64,000 bases of DNA from an uncultured Candidatus Saccharibacteria bacterium (GCA_964490245.1 CAZBAF010000002.1:2456-66455), one strand, 5' to 3'. Shown: positions 18,203 through 29,900, numbered from the stretch's first letter. Notes: generated by a model not told the origin, from the sequence alone. A program made the numbers and translations.

Positions 18203-21013
18203 CTAGAGAAACTTTTTGAGGAACCGGCCGGTGTGGCTGTGCGGGGTTTTTGCAACCTGCTCGGGCGTACCGGTCGCGACCACGGCGCCGCCCTTATCGC
18301 CGCCCTCTGGGCCCATATCAATGATATGATCAGCTGATTTTATGACATCCAGATTGTGCTCAATAATGACCATGCTGTTGCCGGTATCAACCAAAGCATG
18401 CAACACCTCAAGCAGCTTCTTCACATCCGCCATGTGCAGTCCGGTGGTCGGCTCGTCAAGGATGTACAGCGTACGGCCGGTGGCCCGGCGCGATAGCTCG
18501 GTAGCCAGTTTAATGCGCTGGGCTTCGCCGCCGGACAGCGTAGTCGCCGGCTGGCCCAGACCGATATAGCCAAGCCCTACATCCACCAAAGTCTGCAACT
18601 TTTTCGCAATTACGGGCATGTTTTCAAAGAACTCCAGCGCCTGCTCTACAGTCATTGCCAGGACATCGCTAATGGTCTTGCCTTTATAGTGGATCTCTAA
18701 CGCCTCGCGGTTATAGCGCTTGCCGTGACAGACTTCGCACGGCACGTAGACATCGGGCAGAAAATGCATTTCTATCTTGATGATGCCGTCACCGGTACAG
18801 TTTTCGCAGCGCCCGCCTTTAACATTAAAGCTGAAGCGTCCGGCCTTGTAGCCGCGGATTTTGGCCTCAGGCGTGCTGGCAAACAGCTCGCGGATAGGCG
18901 TAAACAAGCCAGTGTAAGTCGCAGGGTTACTGCGCGGCGTCCGCCCGATGGGCGACTGGTCGATGACGATTGCCTTATCCAGCTCTTTAATACCCTCAAT
19001 ATCGTCGTGTCTGCCCGGCACCATATTGGCACGCATCAACCGGGCCTGCAGTTCTTTGGCCAGAATATCATTGATCAGACTGGATTTGCCCGAGCCGCTG
19101 ACTCCACTGACAACCACAAGTTGCCCAAGCGGAATCTCGACATCAACATTTTTCAGATTATTTTCGCGCGCGCCTTTAATACGCAGCGCTTTACCGTTGC
19201 CTTTGCGGCGCTGCTTGGGCGTTGCAATGGATTCTTCGCCGCGCAGGTATCTGCCGGTTATACTTTTTTCGCTGCGGGCAACCTCCTGCGGCGTGCCGGT
19301 CGCGACTATCCGGCCGCCATGCACACCCGCACCCGGACCGATATCAACCAGAAAATCCGCCGTTCTGATAGTGTCTTCATCGTGCTCGACCACAATAACC
19401 GTATTGCCCAGATCCCGCAGATGCTCAAGCGTCTTGATAAGCCGCTCATTATCACGCTGATGCAGACCGATACTCGGCTCGTCGAGTACATACAGCACAC
19501 CCATCAGACCGGATCCGATTTGCGTAGCCAATCTGATGCGCTGTGCCTCGCCGCCGCTTAATGACACGGCGCTGCGCGCCAGGTTGAGGTAATTGAGTCC
19601 GACATCCTGCATAAACTTAAGCCGGGCATTGATCTCTTTAAGTATTTGTTCGGCAATATGATGCTCTTTTTCGTCGAGCTTCAGGCCTGCAAATGTCTCT
19701 ATTGCGTCATCAATCGAAAGCTCGCAGACGTCCATAATAGACAAGTTATTGACTGTTATAGCCAACACCTCGGGCTTTAAACGCCGGCCTTTGCACACTG
19801 CACATGGCCGTTCCTGCATAAAGCGTTCGATATCACGGCGAATAAAATCACTGTCGGTTTCTTTGTGGCGTCGTTCCAGGTTTGGTATCACGCCTTCGTA
19901 TGTCGTCGTAAAGCTGCGGCCGGTGCCCAAACTGACACTGTATGTCTGATTGCCGGTGCCATAGAGAATACGCTCCAGATCCTGAGACTTCAGCTCGCCC
20001 GTTGGCACATGCAGGCTAAAGCCATATGCGTCCGCCACCGCCTGCATTTTTTTCATGTACCACGCATCTACCGTAATGCGGTTAAACGGACGGATAGCAC
20101 CCTCGGCAATAGTCAGTCGGCCGTTCGGAATCACCAGATCGGGATCAACTTCAAGACGGCTGCCCAGGCCCGTACAGACCGGACAGGCGCCGTGCGGACT
20201 GTTAAAACTGAAAGTACGCGGCTCAAGCTCCGGAATTGACACGTCGGGGTGGTCAACACAGGCATAGCGCAGACTATAGACGGTATCCTCCTCGGTGTCG
20301 GCATGATGTACCTTCAGCTTGCCGTCAGCCAGATCCAGCGCCTGCTCTACACTCTGCGCCAGACGCGACCGCGAAGCCTCGTCATTAATCAATCGGTCAA
20401 CCACGATCTCTATGGTGTGTTTGTAATTTTTATCAAGATCAGGAAACTCGTCCAGCGCATAGATCACCCCGTCCACCCGCACACGGGCAAAACCGAGTCG
20501 CATAAACTGCTCGGGGATATGTTCGAAGGCACCCTTTTTGTCTATCACCACCGGCGCCAGCACAATCAGCTTGGCGCTTTCGGGCAGCCGGGTAATTTGC
20601 TCAATAATATTCTGCGTCGTTTGCCGCGTCACCGCCTTGCCACAAATCGGACAGTGCGGCGTCCCAATGCGCGCATACAGCAGGCGCAGGTAATCATAAA
20701 TCTCGGTGACGGTGGCAACGGTACTGCGGGGGTTGCGGCTGGTGGATTTTTGATCTATCGAAATGGCCGGACTTAAGCCGTCTATCTGATCGACATCGGG
20801 TTTTTCCATAATACCTAAGAATTGCCGCGCATAGCTGCTTAAAGATTCGACGTAGCGGCGCTGGCCCTCGGCGTAAATGGTATCAAACGCCAGGCTGGAC
20901 TTGCCCGACCCGGACAAGCCCGTAATCACGACCAGTTTCTCGCGCGGGATCTTAAGATCAACGTCTTTAAGATTATGTTCGCGTGCACCCTTAACAACAA
21001 TAAAATCTGCCAA
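18203..21013 (-). CDS. uvrA: excinuclease ABC subunit A
   Basis: 936 aa. [23 protein letters not shown], two ABC signatures (LSGGEAQR), zinc-finger Cys clusters and a second Walker [11 protein letters not shown]. Confidence 0.95.
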   Translation of the reverse strand: MADFIVVKGAREHNLKDVDLKIPREKLVVITGLSGSGKSSLAFDTIYAEGQRRYVESLSSYARQFLGIMEKPDVDQIDGLSPAISIDQKSTSRNPRSTVATVTEIYDYLRLLYARIGTPHCPICGKAVTRQTTQNIIEQITRLPESAKLIVLAPVVIDKKGAFEHIPEQFMRLGFARVRVDGVIYALDEFPDLDKNYKHTIEIVVDRLINDEASRSRLAQSVEQALDLADGKLKVHHADTEEDTVYSLRYACVDHPDVSIPELEPRTFSFNSPHGACPVCTGLGSRLEVDPDLVIPNGRLTIAEGAIRPFNRITVDAWYMKKMQAVADAYGFSLHVPTGELKSQDLERILYGTGNQTYSVSLGTGRSFTTTYEGVIPNLERRHKETDSDFIRRDIERFMQERPCAVCKGRRLKPEVLAITVNNLSIMDVCELSIDDAIETFAGLKLDEKEHHIAEQILKEINARLKFMQDVGLNYLNLARSAVSLSGGEAQRIRLATQIGSGLMGVLYVLDEPSIGLHQRDNERLIKTLEHLRDLGNTVIVVEHDEDTIRTADFLVDIGPGAGVHGGRIVATGTPQEVARSEKSITGRYLRGEESIATPKQRRKGNGKALRIKGARENNLKNVDVEIPLGQLVVVSGVSGSGKSSLINDILAKELQARLMRANMVPGRHDDIEGIKELDKAIVIDQSPIGRTPRSNPATYTGLFTPIRELFASTPEAKIRGYKAGRFSFNVKGGRCENCTGDGIIKIEMHFLPDVYVPCEVCHGKRYNREALEIHYKGKTISDVLAMTVEQALEFFENMPVIAKKLQTLVDVGLGYIGLGQPATTLSGGEAQRIKLATELSRRATGRTLYILDEPTTGLHMADVKKLLEVLHALVDTGNSMVIIEHNLDVIKSADHIIDMGPEGGDKGGAVVATGTPEQVAKTPHSHTGRFLKKFL

Positions 21014-21071
21014 AATCCACTCTCCTTAAACGGACAGATTATACATGAAAAAACCGTTTTTATCCACTGTG

Positions 21072-21842
21072 TCAGCTTGACACATGAATACTTATCCGGG
21101 GCTCATGGGCACGAACATACAGAGGGAAAATGGATGACATATCTGATGACAGGTGGCGCAAAAAGCGCTCGGTCTGTTCGTACGGCGCAGCCATATCCAG
21201 CGTAGCAAATGGGATTTGCAAGCTCTGTGGACTAACCGGATAAGCCACCCCTTTGGATATACTCCCGAGAACTGCCGCGCTCTCTTTTGCCTGCTTTACT
21301 AAAATAGCGGTAGCCTCATCAGCAATATCAGGCACCAGCGTTAACTCCACTCCGCCATTCGCTACCTCGCCCAGAAAGCGGTAGCTTACCTGGCTAATTT
21401 TTACACGCAAATCATCCGGATTCGGATGGCCTGCCTCTAGTTGTATTTTATTAAGGGTTGATTTCAAAGGTGCGATATCGAAAGAACTATCATCTGTTTT
21501 GCGTTTATCACGATGCTTTTTAGGCACCTCCTTACCTTCACGCAACACGCGGGCTGCACTGCTGAATGGATTTTCAGAATGTGTGGCAGGAATAGTATAT
21601 CTCTCAAGCAAGGGTAGCCTGAGCCCGTCCGGGGTAAAAACACGGCAAAATTGCGGCGACGCACCTACGTGGTACTGGTTTTCTTCGCCTTCTATCTCTT
21701 TATCTGTAATGGTCACAAGGACAGAAACATTGTCATTCTGGAACACGACGCTTGCAATTTTGTTTGCCTTGTTCAAGAAATCGCTGGCGTTACTGATCGG
21801 TCTGACCGCCTCTAAATAGGTTAAGTCCTGCATACGTCTCAT
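21072..21842 (-). CDS. hypothetical protein
   Basis: 256-aa ORF with no signal peptide or TM and no family recognised. Single lines hand-count at lower G+C (about 45-47%). Confidence 0.5.
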   Translation of the reverse strand: MRRMQDLTYLEAVRPISNASDFLNKANKIASVVFQNDNVSVLVTITDKEIEGEENQYHVGASPQFCRVFTPDGLRLPLLERYTIPATHSENPFSSAARVLREGKEVPKKHRDKRKTDDSSFDIAPLKSTLNKIQLEAGHPNPDDLRVKISQVSYRFLGEVANGGVELTLVPDIADEATAILVKQAKESAAVLGSISKGVAYPVSPQSLQIPFATLDMAAPYEQTERFLRHLSSDMSSIFPLYVRAHEPRISIHVSS

Positions 21843-21895
21843 ATTGTGCGCCTATATAATTATCTAGACTACTGCGCAAATTATAGCATTAATGA

Positions 21896-22714
21896 CTAGC
21901 TTCTGTACGGTTTGTTTTCGTTATAGAATGCCTTCGGCGGATGCAGCGCAACCCTGGTCGGCACATCCGCTCCGCGCACCGCCACTTCTGACAAAGATGC
22001 AAAAGCATCAAACACGCTCATGTGCGGCCGCCGCCTGCGGTCTACCAAGCTTACATCGTAGCCCTCTTCTTTCCAAAAGCCCCACGTCGCCTCCATCTCC
22101 TCTGTCAAAATTTCTTCATGATCCCGCGCAAAGACTAAAGAGACATCACACTTACCAAACGGTTCTGGACTTTGGCCGACATTAAAGATCCCGTCGATCC
22201 ATTTACGTTCAGAGCGCTCCCGATCAAACAACAAATCCGAACCATTAGCCGCCTGAGCCTGCACCTGCGCCTCTTGAAAGCTATTATCCCTCACAAAATC
22301 ATGATAATCACGCTTGATCCGATTTAAAATCTGGAATAGTCTGCGATTAACAAGCGTACTGCCTTCATAGAGATCCGGATGCTTCTTTGCCAGCATTCTG
22401 CCTGCTTCGTTAGCGGTGACAAATGTCACAACGATACTGCCATATGCCTTTGCTTTCCCCCTGTTGTAGTTCTTAGCTCCGACTTCGTCTAAATAGTCAT
22501 GCCAGCTGTCCTTTAGCACAATGTTAGAGTCTGAGTTGCTTCTGTTGACTGCCCGACCCATGCTGAGCTGCGGGCGGATCCTCTGGGGCGTGAGCACACC
22601 GCGGGCCTCGCCGATCCTATGAAATGTATCAGAATCTGCCACATTATAGCTGCCAAAATTATGCGAGGATTCCGCCATTTCAATACCCCGTTCTACTTTA
22701 GTTGTAGTATACAA
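21896..22714 (-). CDS. hypothetical protein
   Basis: 272-aa ORF with a TTG start at 22714 preceded by GGGAG. An alternative ATG lies at 22678 (MAESSHNF...). No family recognised. Confidence 0.5.
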   Translation of the reverse strand: MYTTTKVERGIEMAESSHNFGSYNVADSDTFHRIGEARGVLTPQRIRPQLSMGRAVNRSNSDSNIVLKDSWHDYLDEVGAKNYNRGKAKAYGSIVVTFVTANEAGRMLAKKHPDLYEGSTLVNRRLFQILNRIKRDYHDFVRDNSFQEAQVQAQAANGSDLLFDRERSERKWIDGIFNVGQSPEPFGKCDVSLVFARDHEEILTEEMEATWGFWKEEGYDVSLVDRRRRPHMSVFDAFASLSEVAVRGADVPTRVALHPPKAFYNENKPYRS

Positions 22715-22782
22715 AGAGTAAGGACTCCCGACAAACCGGTTACGTTGTAAAATAAGCTTTTTAGCTCTGCTATACTGGTTAC

Positions 22783-23232
22783 ATGCGACGTATGAAACGT
22801 TATGGGAAAATTATTGTCTTTGATACGCTCGCGGTCTTTTGTTTTATCGGCGTCATTCTGTTCGGCTGGCTGCCGGGACCGGGCGGCATACCGCTGTTCC
22901 TGCTTGGCTTAAGCCTTTTAGCGGTCAATCACGACTGGGCCGAGCGCTGGTTGAACACGGCAAAACATAAAGGGGTAAGTTTTCGTAAATGGCTGTTCCC
23001 CAATAAGGCCTGGGTCAAAAACACCTATGATGTTGCTGCCGTTGCACTGATCTGTGCGGCCGGTGCGGTACTGGTGACTTCTCAGAACCGGTTTATCGAA
23101 GGTGCGGCTGTTGTGATTATCACCTCAAGCTTGTTTGTGTTTTTAATTAACCGCGACCGTTTCGGCTCATTTACCAACCTGCTCAGAAAAATAAAACGAA
23201 AATACCGTAAGCATTTTATAGAATCTAATTGA
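22783..23232 (+). CDS. PGPGW-domain membrane protein
   Basis: 149 aa. WLPGPGGIPLFLLGLSLLAV matches the PGPGW transmembrane motif. Confidence 0.6.
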   Translation: MRRMKRYGKIIVFDTLAVFCFIGVILFGWLPGPGGIPLFLLGLSLLAVNHDWAERWLNTAKHKGVSFRKWLFPNKAWVKNTYDVAAVALICAAGAVLVTSQNRFIEGAAVVIITSSLFVFLINRDRFGSFTNLLRKIKRKYRKHFIESN

Positions 23233-23282
23233 TTTTATATAAATAAAGTACTATAATACAGCCAACTTAAGAGGTGGCTGTG

Positions 23283-23474
23283 ATGCTTCAATTTATTGTC
23301 CTGGGCTATGTTCCGGGTACTTCTGTTCAACTTTCCTTCACCGATATCCTGCTGCTTGCCGGCACAGGGCTTGCTGTTGCCTGTCTTGCCTTTTACTGGA
23401 TCAAATACCAGAACCGGCGCAGGCTCAGCCACGCCATCCCGCACTCTCTCGAGCTTAATCAACACGCTCAGTAA
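23283..23474 (+). CDS. small hydrophobic protein (hypothetical)
   Basis: The ATG at 23283 is preceded by a GAGGTGG SD (23271-23277). About 63 aa with two hydrophobic helices. Confidence 0.4.
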   Translation: MLQFIVLGYVPGTSVQLSFTDILLLAGTGLAVACLAFYWIKYQNRRRLSHAIPHSLELNQHAQ

Positions 23475-23715
23475 AGACGACCAGACGCTCGTCAAACGTA
23501 TTGCGGTCTTTATTAAACCTGCCGCTGCAGGTAATGAGATTGAGCCCCTGTTTTTCTGAATTGACGGGACTAAGAGCGGCGCCTAAGTCAACTTCGTCTG
23601 CAGGGTAGCGGCGTCTATCCACCACGCGGTAGGCTAGGACGCTGCCGTCGCCTTTTTCGAGCTTGATTTCGGCTCCGGCCGTTAGCTTATGCAGGCGCTC
23701 AGGTTCAGGCTGGCA
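23455..23715 (-). pseudogene. sortase C-terminal fragment (no start codon, N-terminal two-thirds missing)
   Basis: An open frame not in the track reads ...AGAEIKLEKGDGSVLAYRVVDRRRYPADEVDLGAALSPVNSEKQGLNLITCSGRFNKDRNTFDERLVVFTERVD*. It carries the sortase catalytic L-I-T-C motif and the downstream conserved Arg (ERLVVF). The frame is closed by TAA at 23716-23718 and overlaps the 3' end of the 258-aa surface protein gene. Confidence 0.6.
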
Positions 23716-24458
23716 TTATTGCCAACCGTGGTGCCGCCGGCGGATGTGCCGACAAGCCTATTGCTGGCACTAAAGCTGCCGTCTGTAAAGCTCAGGTTTC
23801 CGGCAAAGTCATCAAAATTTACATGGTAAGGGGTGATATCCCCGGGCCCTTTAAACGCGAGCGTCCCCGAGCCAGTGGGCGCAGAGTTGAAGTATATCAG
23901 GTTATTTTGGGCACTCTGCAGCGTAAGTGTGTATGTTGACACATTGACTGTACCGGAGCCGTCCGGAGGGCCGATAATCAGCGTACTTTCATCAGACGGA
24001 GCCGAGGAGCTGGAAACAATACTGACATTCGCGCCCGCTATCAGATCAAGCGTTACCTGTGCCACGCAACCGCCGGTCGCATCATAGGTAAGACTGCCGG
24101 TCAGGGTGATAGAGTTGCCGGCCAGTGTGTATGCCAGTGACGTGCAGTCATTGTTGGTGCCGGTAAACTGAATGCCCGCAAAGCTCGTACCTTCCGGTAA
24201 ATCGTTAAAAGGATGCCTGTTAGCCGACGCAACCGTCATCGGAAACACCAGGCTATCCCCGGCCTCTGGTACCGTGCTGTTGTCACAGCCGGTCCAGTTA
24301 TCCGAGGTACTAAAGTTATCGTCCTCACCAGCACCCGTCCAGGTACAGGTATCGGCTGCGGCACCGGCCAGTCCCGGCGTCCATACCGCCAGCGCCGAAA
24401 CCGCCAATACAAAGGCCATTACAAATAGATTTAGTTTTTTAATACTGTTTGTTTTCAT
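23682..24458 (-). CDS. secreted surface protein with autotransporter-associated beta-strand (PATR-like) repeats, apparently C-terminally truncated
   Basis: 258 aa with a strong SD (AAGGAGGGG). Signal peptide MKTNSIKKLNLFVMAFVLAVSALA, then CTWTGAGEDDNFSTSDNWTGC and repetitive beta-helix-like sequence. It ends abruptly (…NLSACIS*) with no wall-sorting or anchor signal. Confidence 0.6.
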   Translation of the reverse strand: MKTNSIKKLNLFVMAFVLAVSALAVWTPGLAGAAADTCTWTGAGEDDNFSTSDNWTGCDNSTVPEAGDSLVFPMTVASANRHPFNDLPEGTSFAGIQFTGTNNDCTSLAYTLAGNSITLTGSLTYDATGGCVAQVTLDLIAGANVSIVSSSSAPSDESTLIIGPPDGSGTVNVSTYTLTLQSAQNNLIYFNSAPTGSGTLAFKGPGDITPYHVNFDDFAGNLSFTDGSFSASNRLVGTSAGGTTVGNNASLNLSACIS

Positions 24459-24584
24459 TTTAACCCCTCCTTATTCATAAGGGTTGCACGTTTTTTTGAT
24501 TAAGGTGCAGTTGTATAAACTTAAGCATTACTATAGGCACGATATGGACAGACTGCAAATAATCGTGTCTGACTTTTCTACAGT

Positions 24585-26021
24585 TTACTGATCGGCCACG
24601 GGCAGAATACTCTCGCCGTACAGCTGCAGCTCCTGCAGCAAAAACTGCTGGTGGCTGGTCAGCCCTTCACGCGCCGCCAGTTCGCTCAGACGCACAAAGT
24701 ACCGTTCGGCCCGGCTTGGCCTGCCGCCCAGCAGCCGGGCGCGGCGAAAAGCCTCCCAGGCCGTCTGCTCGTCTGTTGTCAACAGCTTGGGGAAGTTGCG
24801 CGCTTTATACAGCGGAAATAATTTGGTCAGCCGGGGATCGGAAAAATCAGGCTCCAGCGAGGAGATTTCGTCGTCATCGGCCGCACGCACTACCGACATG
24901 ACCGTTTTGTCTTTGTCACCTATAAATCCGTCATACAGCTGCGTATCCACGTCCTGTTCGTCAGCTAAAAAGCTGGTCTGACGCTGTTTATCCAACAGGC
25001 CAAGCGCCGCACACAGCTGTTTATACAGGTCCGGATACTCAGCCAGCGCCTTGCGATGGGCGGTGATGGTCTCCATATCAAGCTGCAGCCGCTCCTGACT
25101 GGCATTGTCAAGCACACCCAACGGCGCCACGGCCGGGCAACGGTTAAACTGCAGTGTCTTAACCGGAAAACGCTGCGTCTCGTCCTCGACACGCTGGTGC
25201 CAGGCCGCCGCCAGTTCGGCCGGTGACATGCCGGCAATATCGGCCGGATTACGCCGCAGATCATAGACCAGCACTCCCTGCTTGCCGGGGTGTTCGCCTA
25301 ACACTGTAACCAGCGTGGTCTTTTGATAGATACTTGGATACTTACCGCTGGTATAAACAAATATGTCGTTCTGGGACGCCAGCTCCTTAACCTTGTTCTT
25401 GTTACGCAGTTGCAGTAAAAAATCAAAGAGCTTCGGCTGCTTGTTGCGTATCAGCCGGGCCACGGCAATGGTTGCATTGACGTCGCTGAGAGCATCGTGA
25501 GCATTGTTGTGTACAAGCTTATTCACAGACGTCAGCAGCTCCAGGCGGTTACTGGGGCGCCCGTCAGCCGCGAACGGCCACTCAATACCGTCCGGCCGCA
25601 GCGCCCGTGTCATACGAATCATATCAAGCAAATCCCACCGGCTGCGTCCGTCCCGCCAGCTCCATTCATAGGCGTCATAAAAGTTGCGGTACAGCGCAAA
25701 GCGCATAAACTCATCATCAAACCGCACATTGTTATAGCCAATAAAAACTGTGTCCGGCAGGGCAATTTGGTCGGCAAAGTAACGTAAAAACTCTGCCTCG
25801 CTCAGACCGTCAGCGCGCGTCGCCTGAGGCGTGATACCGGTAACCAGAATGGCGTCAGGTTCGGGCAGGATATCATCTGTCAGCCGGATCAGAATATTGT
25901 CCGGCTCGCTGACGGGTTTGAGGTTTATATCGGTGCGCTGACCGGCAAACTGCATAATCCGGCCGTCGCGCGGACTGACGCTGCTTGTCTCAAGGTCATA
26001 AAAATAAAAACTGACAGCCAT
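24585..26021 (-). CDS. sbcB: exodeoxyribonuclease I (SbcB-like DEDDh exonuclease)
   Basis: 478 aa. FYDLETSSVSPRDGRIMQFAGQRTD (ExoI motif), H..AHDALSDV (ExoIII motif) and ExoI C-terminal domains. Confidence 0.85.
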   Translation of the reverse strand: MAVSFYFYDLETSSVSPRDGRIMQFAGQRTDINLKPVSEPDNILIRLTDDILPEPDAILVTGITPQATRADGLSEAEFLRYFADQIALPDTVFIGYNNVRFDDEFMRFALYRNFYDAYEWSWRDGRSRWDLLDMIRMTRALRPDGIEWPFAADGRPSNRLELLTSVNKLVHNNAHDALSDVNATIAVARLIRNKQPKLFDFLLQLRNKNKVKELASQNDIFVYTSGKYPSIYQKTTLVTVLGEHPGKQGVLVYDLRRNPADIAGMSPAELAAAWHQRVEDETQRFPVKTLQFNRCPAVAPLGVLDNASQERLQLDMETITAHRKALAEYPDLYKQLCAALGLLDKQRQTSFLADEQDVDTQLYDGFIGDKDKTVMSVVRAADDDEISSLEPDFSDPRLTKLFPLYKARNFPKLLTTDEQTAWEAFRRARLLGGRPSRAERYFVRLSELAAREGLTSHQQFLLQELQLYGESILPVADQ

Positions 26022-26117
26022 TGGTACTTACCAGTCTATCACCTCTTGTCGCACCCTACACGACCCTATCTTTCTATTATACCATACTTGTCAATAATCT
26101 GTCAAGTTTCGCAGCGT

Positions 26118-27404
<1,287 letters not shown>

Positions 27405-27445
27405 TTATACAACATTACGACCCCTTATGCCAGCCCGGAACCAGT

Positions 27446-28552
27446 CTAGCCGCGCGAGATAAACCAGTCGTAGTTACTGACCGGTATCCAGCCGCTGTAG
27501 CCAACCTGGCCCCAGCCTGCCACACCGTTCATATCAGAAATCCGCATCATCGTGCCATCGGCCGATACTTCTTCAACAATTGCCACGTGACCCAGGTAGT
27601 GATAGCGCGTTGTCTGGGCAATGGCCCCAACCCGCGGGACCTTGCCCACCACCCAGCCCGGCGTCGTCTGGGCGTATGCAGCCCAGGTGCGGGCATTACC
27701 CCAGCCGCCCGGAGCGCCGGCTTTCATGGCAGCATAATAGGTACACCAGCCAAAGGGATAGCCGCCCCCGCCCCGATACACCAGCGAATAGGTAGCCCGC
27801 GGTGCCGGCCGCTGACCATTAGGGATAAAGATGGTTTCGCCCTCTTTGATGCCGGTCAGTTCAATATCGTTAAAGACTGTGATTTGCCGTGCCGAGGCCT
27901 TGTACAGCTGCGCCAGCTTGTCGACGGTGTCACCGCTGCGCACGGTATAGACGATTCCGTTGAGCGGCGGGATGGTAAGTGTGGTGCCGACCCGGAGATT
28001 GTCGCTGGTCAGATTGTTCGACCAGCGTACCGTGTCGGACGTTACCCCGAACTGCTCGGCTATCTTGGTGACTGTATCACCCTCTACGGTTACGTATTGC
28101 TTGATGTCGGCTTTGGTTTTTATGTCCGGGCTGAGGATTTGCGGCTTGAAGGCAAAGTCCCTTCCGGTAACCGAGGTATTAAGCGCCAACCTGACGTCAT
28201 CAGCCAGGTTCACAACCGATAACTCCTCAGGCATGCTCGTCATACGGGCAATATTAACGGCAATATCGGTTGCGGTCAGCGTATCGAGCGGATTAGAGAC
28301 GCGAGTCTCCTGAGCGGTGTTAAAAGCCCGGTAAGCCGACGGCTTGCTGACATGAGAGCTTTTAACCACGACCAGGCCGGCGATAACCAATATCGCCAGG
28401 TTGCCGACCACCAGGCCGTATCTAATCAGACGCTTGTGACCAAAGCGCCGTACAAACCTCGACCAAGAACGCGGCCGGGACGCCCGACCCCCACCCTCGG
28501 TGACGGTTACCACCGGGGAGCGTTTGATAATTTTAGGAAATTTACGAATCAT
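27446..28552 (-). CDS. LysM-repeat / CHAP-domain peptidoglycan hydrolase, N-terminally anchored
   Basis: 368 aa. TM helix, two LysM repeats (YVTVEGDTVTKIAEQFGV, YTVRSGDTVDKLAQLY) and a CHAP domain (GWCTYYAA...GHVAIVEEV). Confidence 0.8.
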   Translation of the reverse strand: MIRKFPKIIKRSPVVTVTEGGGRASRPRSWSRFVRRFGHKRLIRYGLVVGNLAILVIAGLVVVKSSHVSKPSAYRAFNTAQETRVSNPLDTLTATDIAVNIARMTSMPEELSVVNLADDVRLALNTSVTGRDFAFKPQILSPDIKTKADIKQYVTVEGDTVTKIAEQFGVTSDTVRWSNNLTSDNLRVGTTLTIPPLNGIVYTVRSGDTVDKLAQLYKASARQITVFNDIELTGIKEGETIFIPNGQRPAPRATYSLVYRGGGGYPFGWCTYYAAMKAGAPGGWGNARTWAAYAQTTPGWVVGKVPRVGAIAQTTRYHYLGHVAIVEEVSADGTMMRISDMNGVAGWGQVGYSGWIPVSNYDWFISRG

Positions 28553-28763
28553 TTACTCCTCTTTGCAAACGATCCTGAAGAGGTATCACCTGCGTTAAAG
28601 AGACTTTTGTTTTATTAAAAAAAGACCATCACCTTGCAGCTCTGGTCGACAGATTTCAAAGTTCATTCTATGCATTACCGCGCCGTCGGGGCAAAAAAGC
28701 GGTTTTGCAGCACAAATAGTACCAAAATTACACCGGCCGGTCAACAGCAGTACCCTGTTCGTT

Positions 28764-29900
28764 CTAGTGCACACGGTAGATAAAGTTCTGGAACAAACCA
28801 TGTGCTGGCACCCAGTCCGGAGTCCGTCCCACCCGGTTAAAGCCTGCCAGCCCGTTCATGTCTGAATACTTTATGAAATACTGGCCGTTTTCTTCTTTGA
28901 CATCTTCAACGATACCCACATGCCCCAGTGACCAGCCCAGGCCCCCGCCGGGGATACCGGTTGTCTGGGCAATAGCACCCGGTACCGGCACCTTACTGAC
29001 CATCCAGCCCGGCGTTTTAGCTGCATTGACTGCCCAGGTCCGCGCATGGCCCCAGCCTGTCGGAGCGCCGCTGCGGCCGGCTGCATAGTACGTACACCAG
29101 CCCGGATCGTAGCCGTTGCTGCCATAGCGGGCAAAGAAACTGAATACCGGTGCCGGTTTTTGGGCATTGGGCAGGAAAATCCGTGCGCCGGGCTGCAGAC
29201 CGGTCAGCTCGGCATCGTTAAAGACGATAATCTGGCTGGCAGAGGTGCGGTAGGTCTCGGCAAGACGTTCCGGCGTATCACCGCTGCGTACCGTATACAG
29301 CATGCCGTCCATAGGCGGAATAAACAGCTTTTGGCCGGCCTGCAGCGTGTCGTTGGCCAGATCATTCGACCATTTTATACTGTCGGACGTAATACCAAAC
29401 CTGCCGGCAAGCGCACTGACGGTATCGCCCTCGACCGCAATATATTCGACTGAATCCGCCATGGTTTTTATATTGGTTGTAACGATTTGCGGTAATTGCA
29501 CGACCTCTGATGCCACCACAGTGGTTGCCAGCTCGGCATTGATGGTGTCGGCATAATTGGTAACGGCTGTTGTTTCATGCAGCCCGGCCATGCGGGCAAT
29601 ATTGACGGCAATATCGGCGGCAGAAAGAGAATCCAGCGGGCTGGAAACCGCCTTTGCAGTGGTGCTGTGCACACCATAGCCGGCGTTATCAGTGGTATAA
29701 ATCAGGGCCGCATAGCTGACAGAGCCGATAATCAGCAGGTTTACCACAACCAGCACCGGACGCAGCAGCCACGAGCGGCGCTTTTTAGCTGCAGCCGGGC
29801 GGCGGTAGAAGCCGGCAGGCGCCGGAGAAGACGGCGGCAGTTCGTTCCTGACCGGAGCGAGACTTTTAATTTTGGGGACTTTCTTTGGGAGTAGATCCAA
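28764..29900 (-). CDS. LysM-repeat / CHAP-domain peptidoglycan hydrolase (paralog of 27446-28552)
   Basis: 378 aa with the same architecture. LysM repeats YIAVEGDTVSALAGRFGI and YTVRSGDTPERLAETY; CHAP domain GWCTYYAA...GHVGIVEDV. Confidence 0.8.
   Translation of the reverse strand: MDLLPKKVPKIKSLAPVRNELPPSSPAPAGFYRRPAAAKKRRSWLLRPVLVVVNLLIIGSVSYAALIYTTDNAGYGVHSTTAKAVSSPLDSLSAADIAVNIARMAGLHETTAVTNYADTINAELATTVVASEVVQLPQIVTTNIKTMADSVEYIAVEGDTVSALAGRFGITSDSIKWSNDLANDTLQAGQKLFIPPMDGMLYTVRSGDTPERLAETYRTSASQIIVFNDAELTGLQPGARIFLPNAQKPAPVFSFFARYGSNGYDPGWCTYYAAGRSGAPTGWGHARTWAVNAAKTPGWMVSKVPVPGAIAQTTGIPGGGLGWSLGHVGIVEDVKEENGQYFIKYSDMNGLAGFNRVGRTPDWVPAHGLFQNFIYRVH

Noticed and set aside
18203-21013. 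Multiple plus-strand ORFs inside uvrA (e.g. 18725-19561, 18948-19460, 20249-20776)
   Set aside because: They are antisense to a strongly supported conserved gene. Their translations are Arg/Ala/Ser-rich with no motifs, as is typical of GC-biased antisense frames. The same reasoning applies to 51613-52569 (antisense atpD), 35226-35879 and 36393-37022 (antisense alaS), 9288-10037 (antisense SBP), 37783-38544 and 40243-40971.
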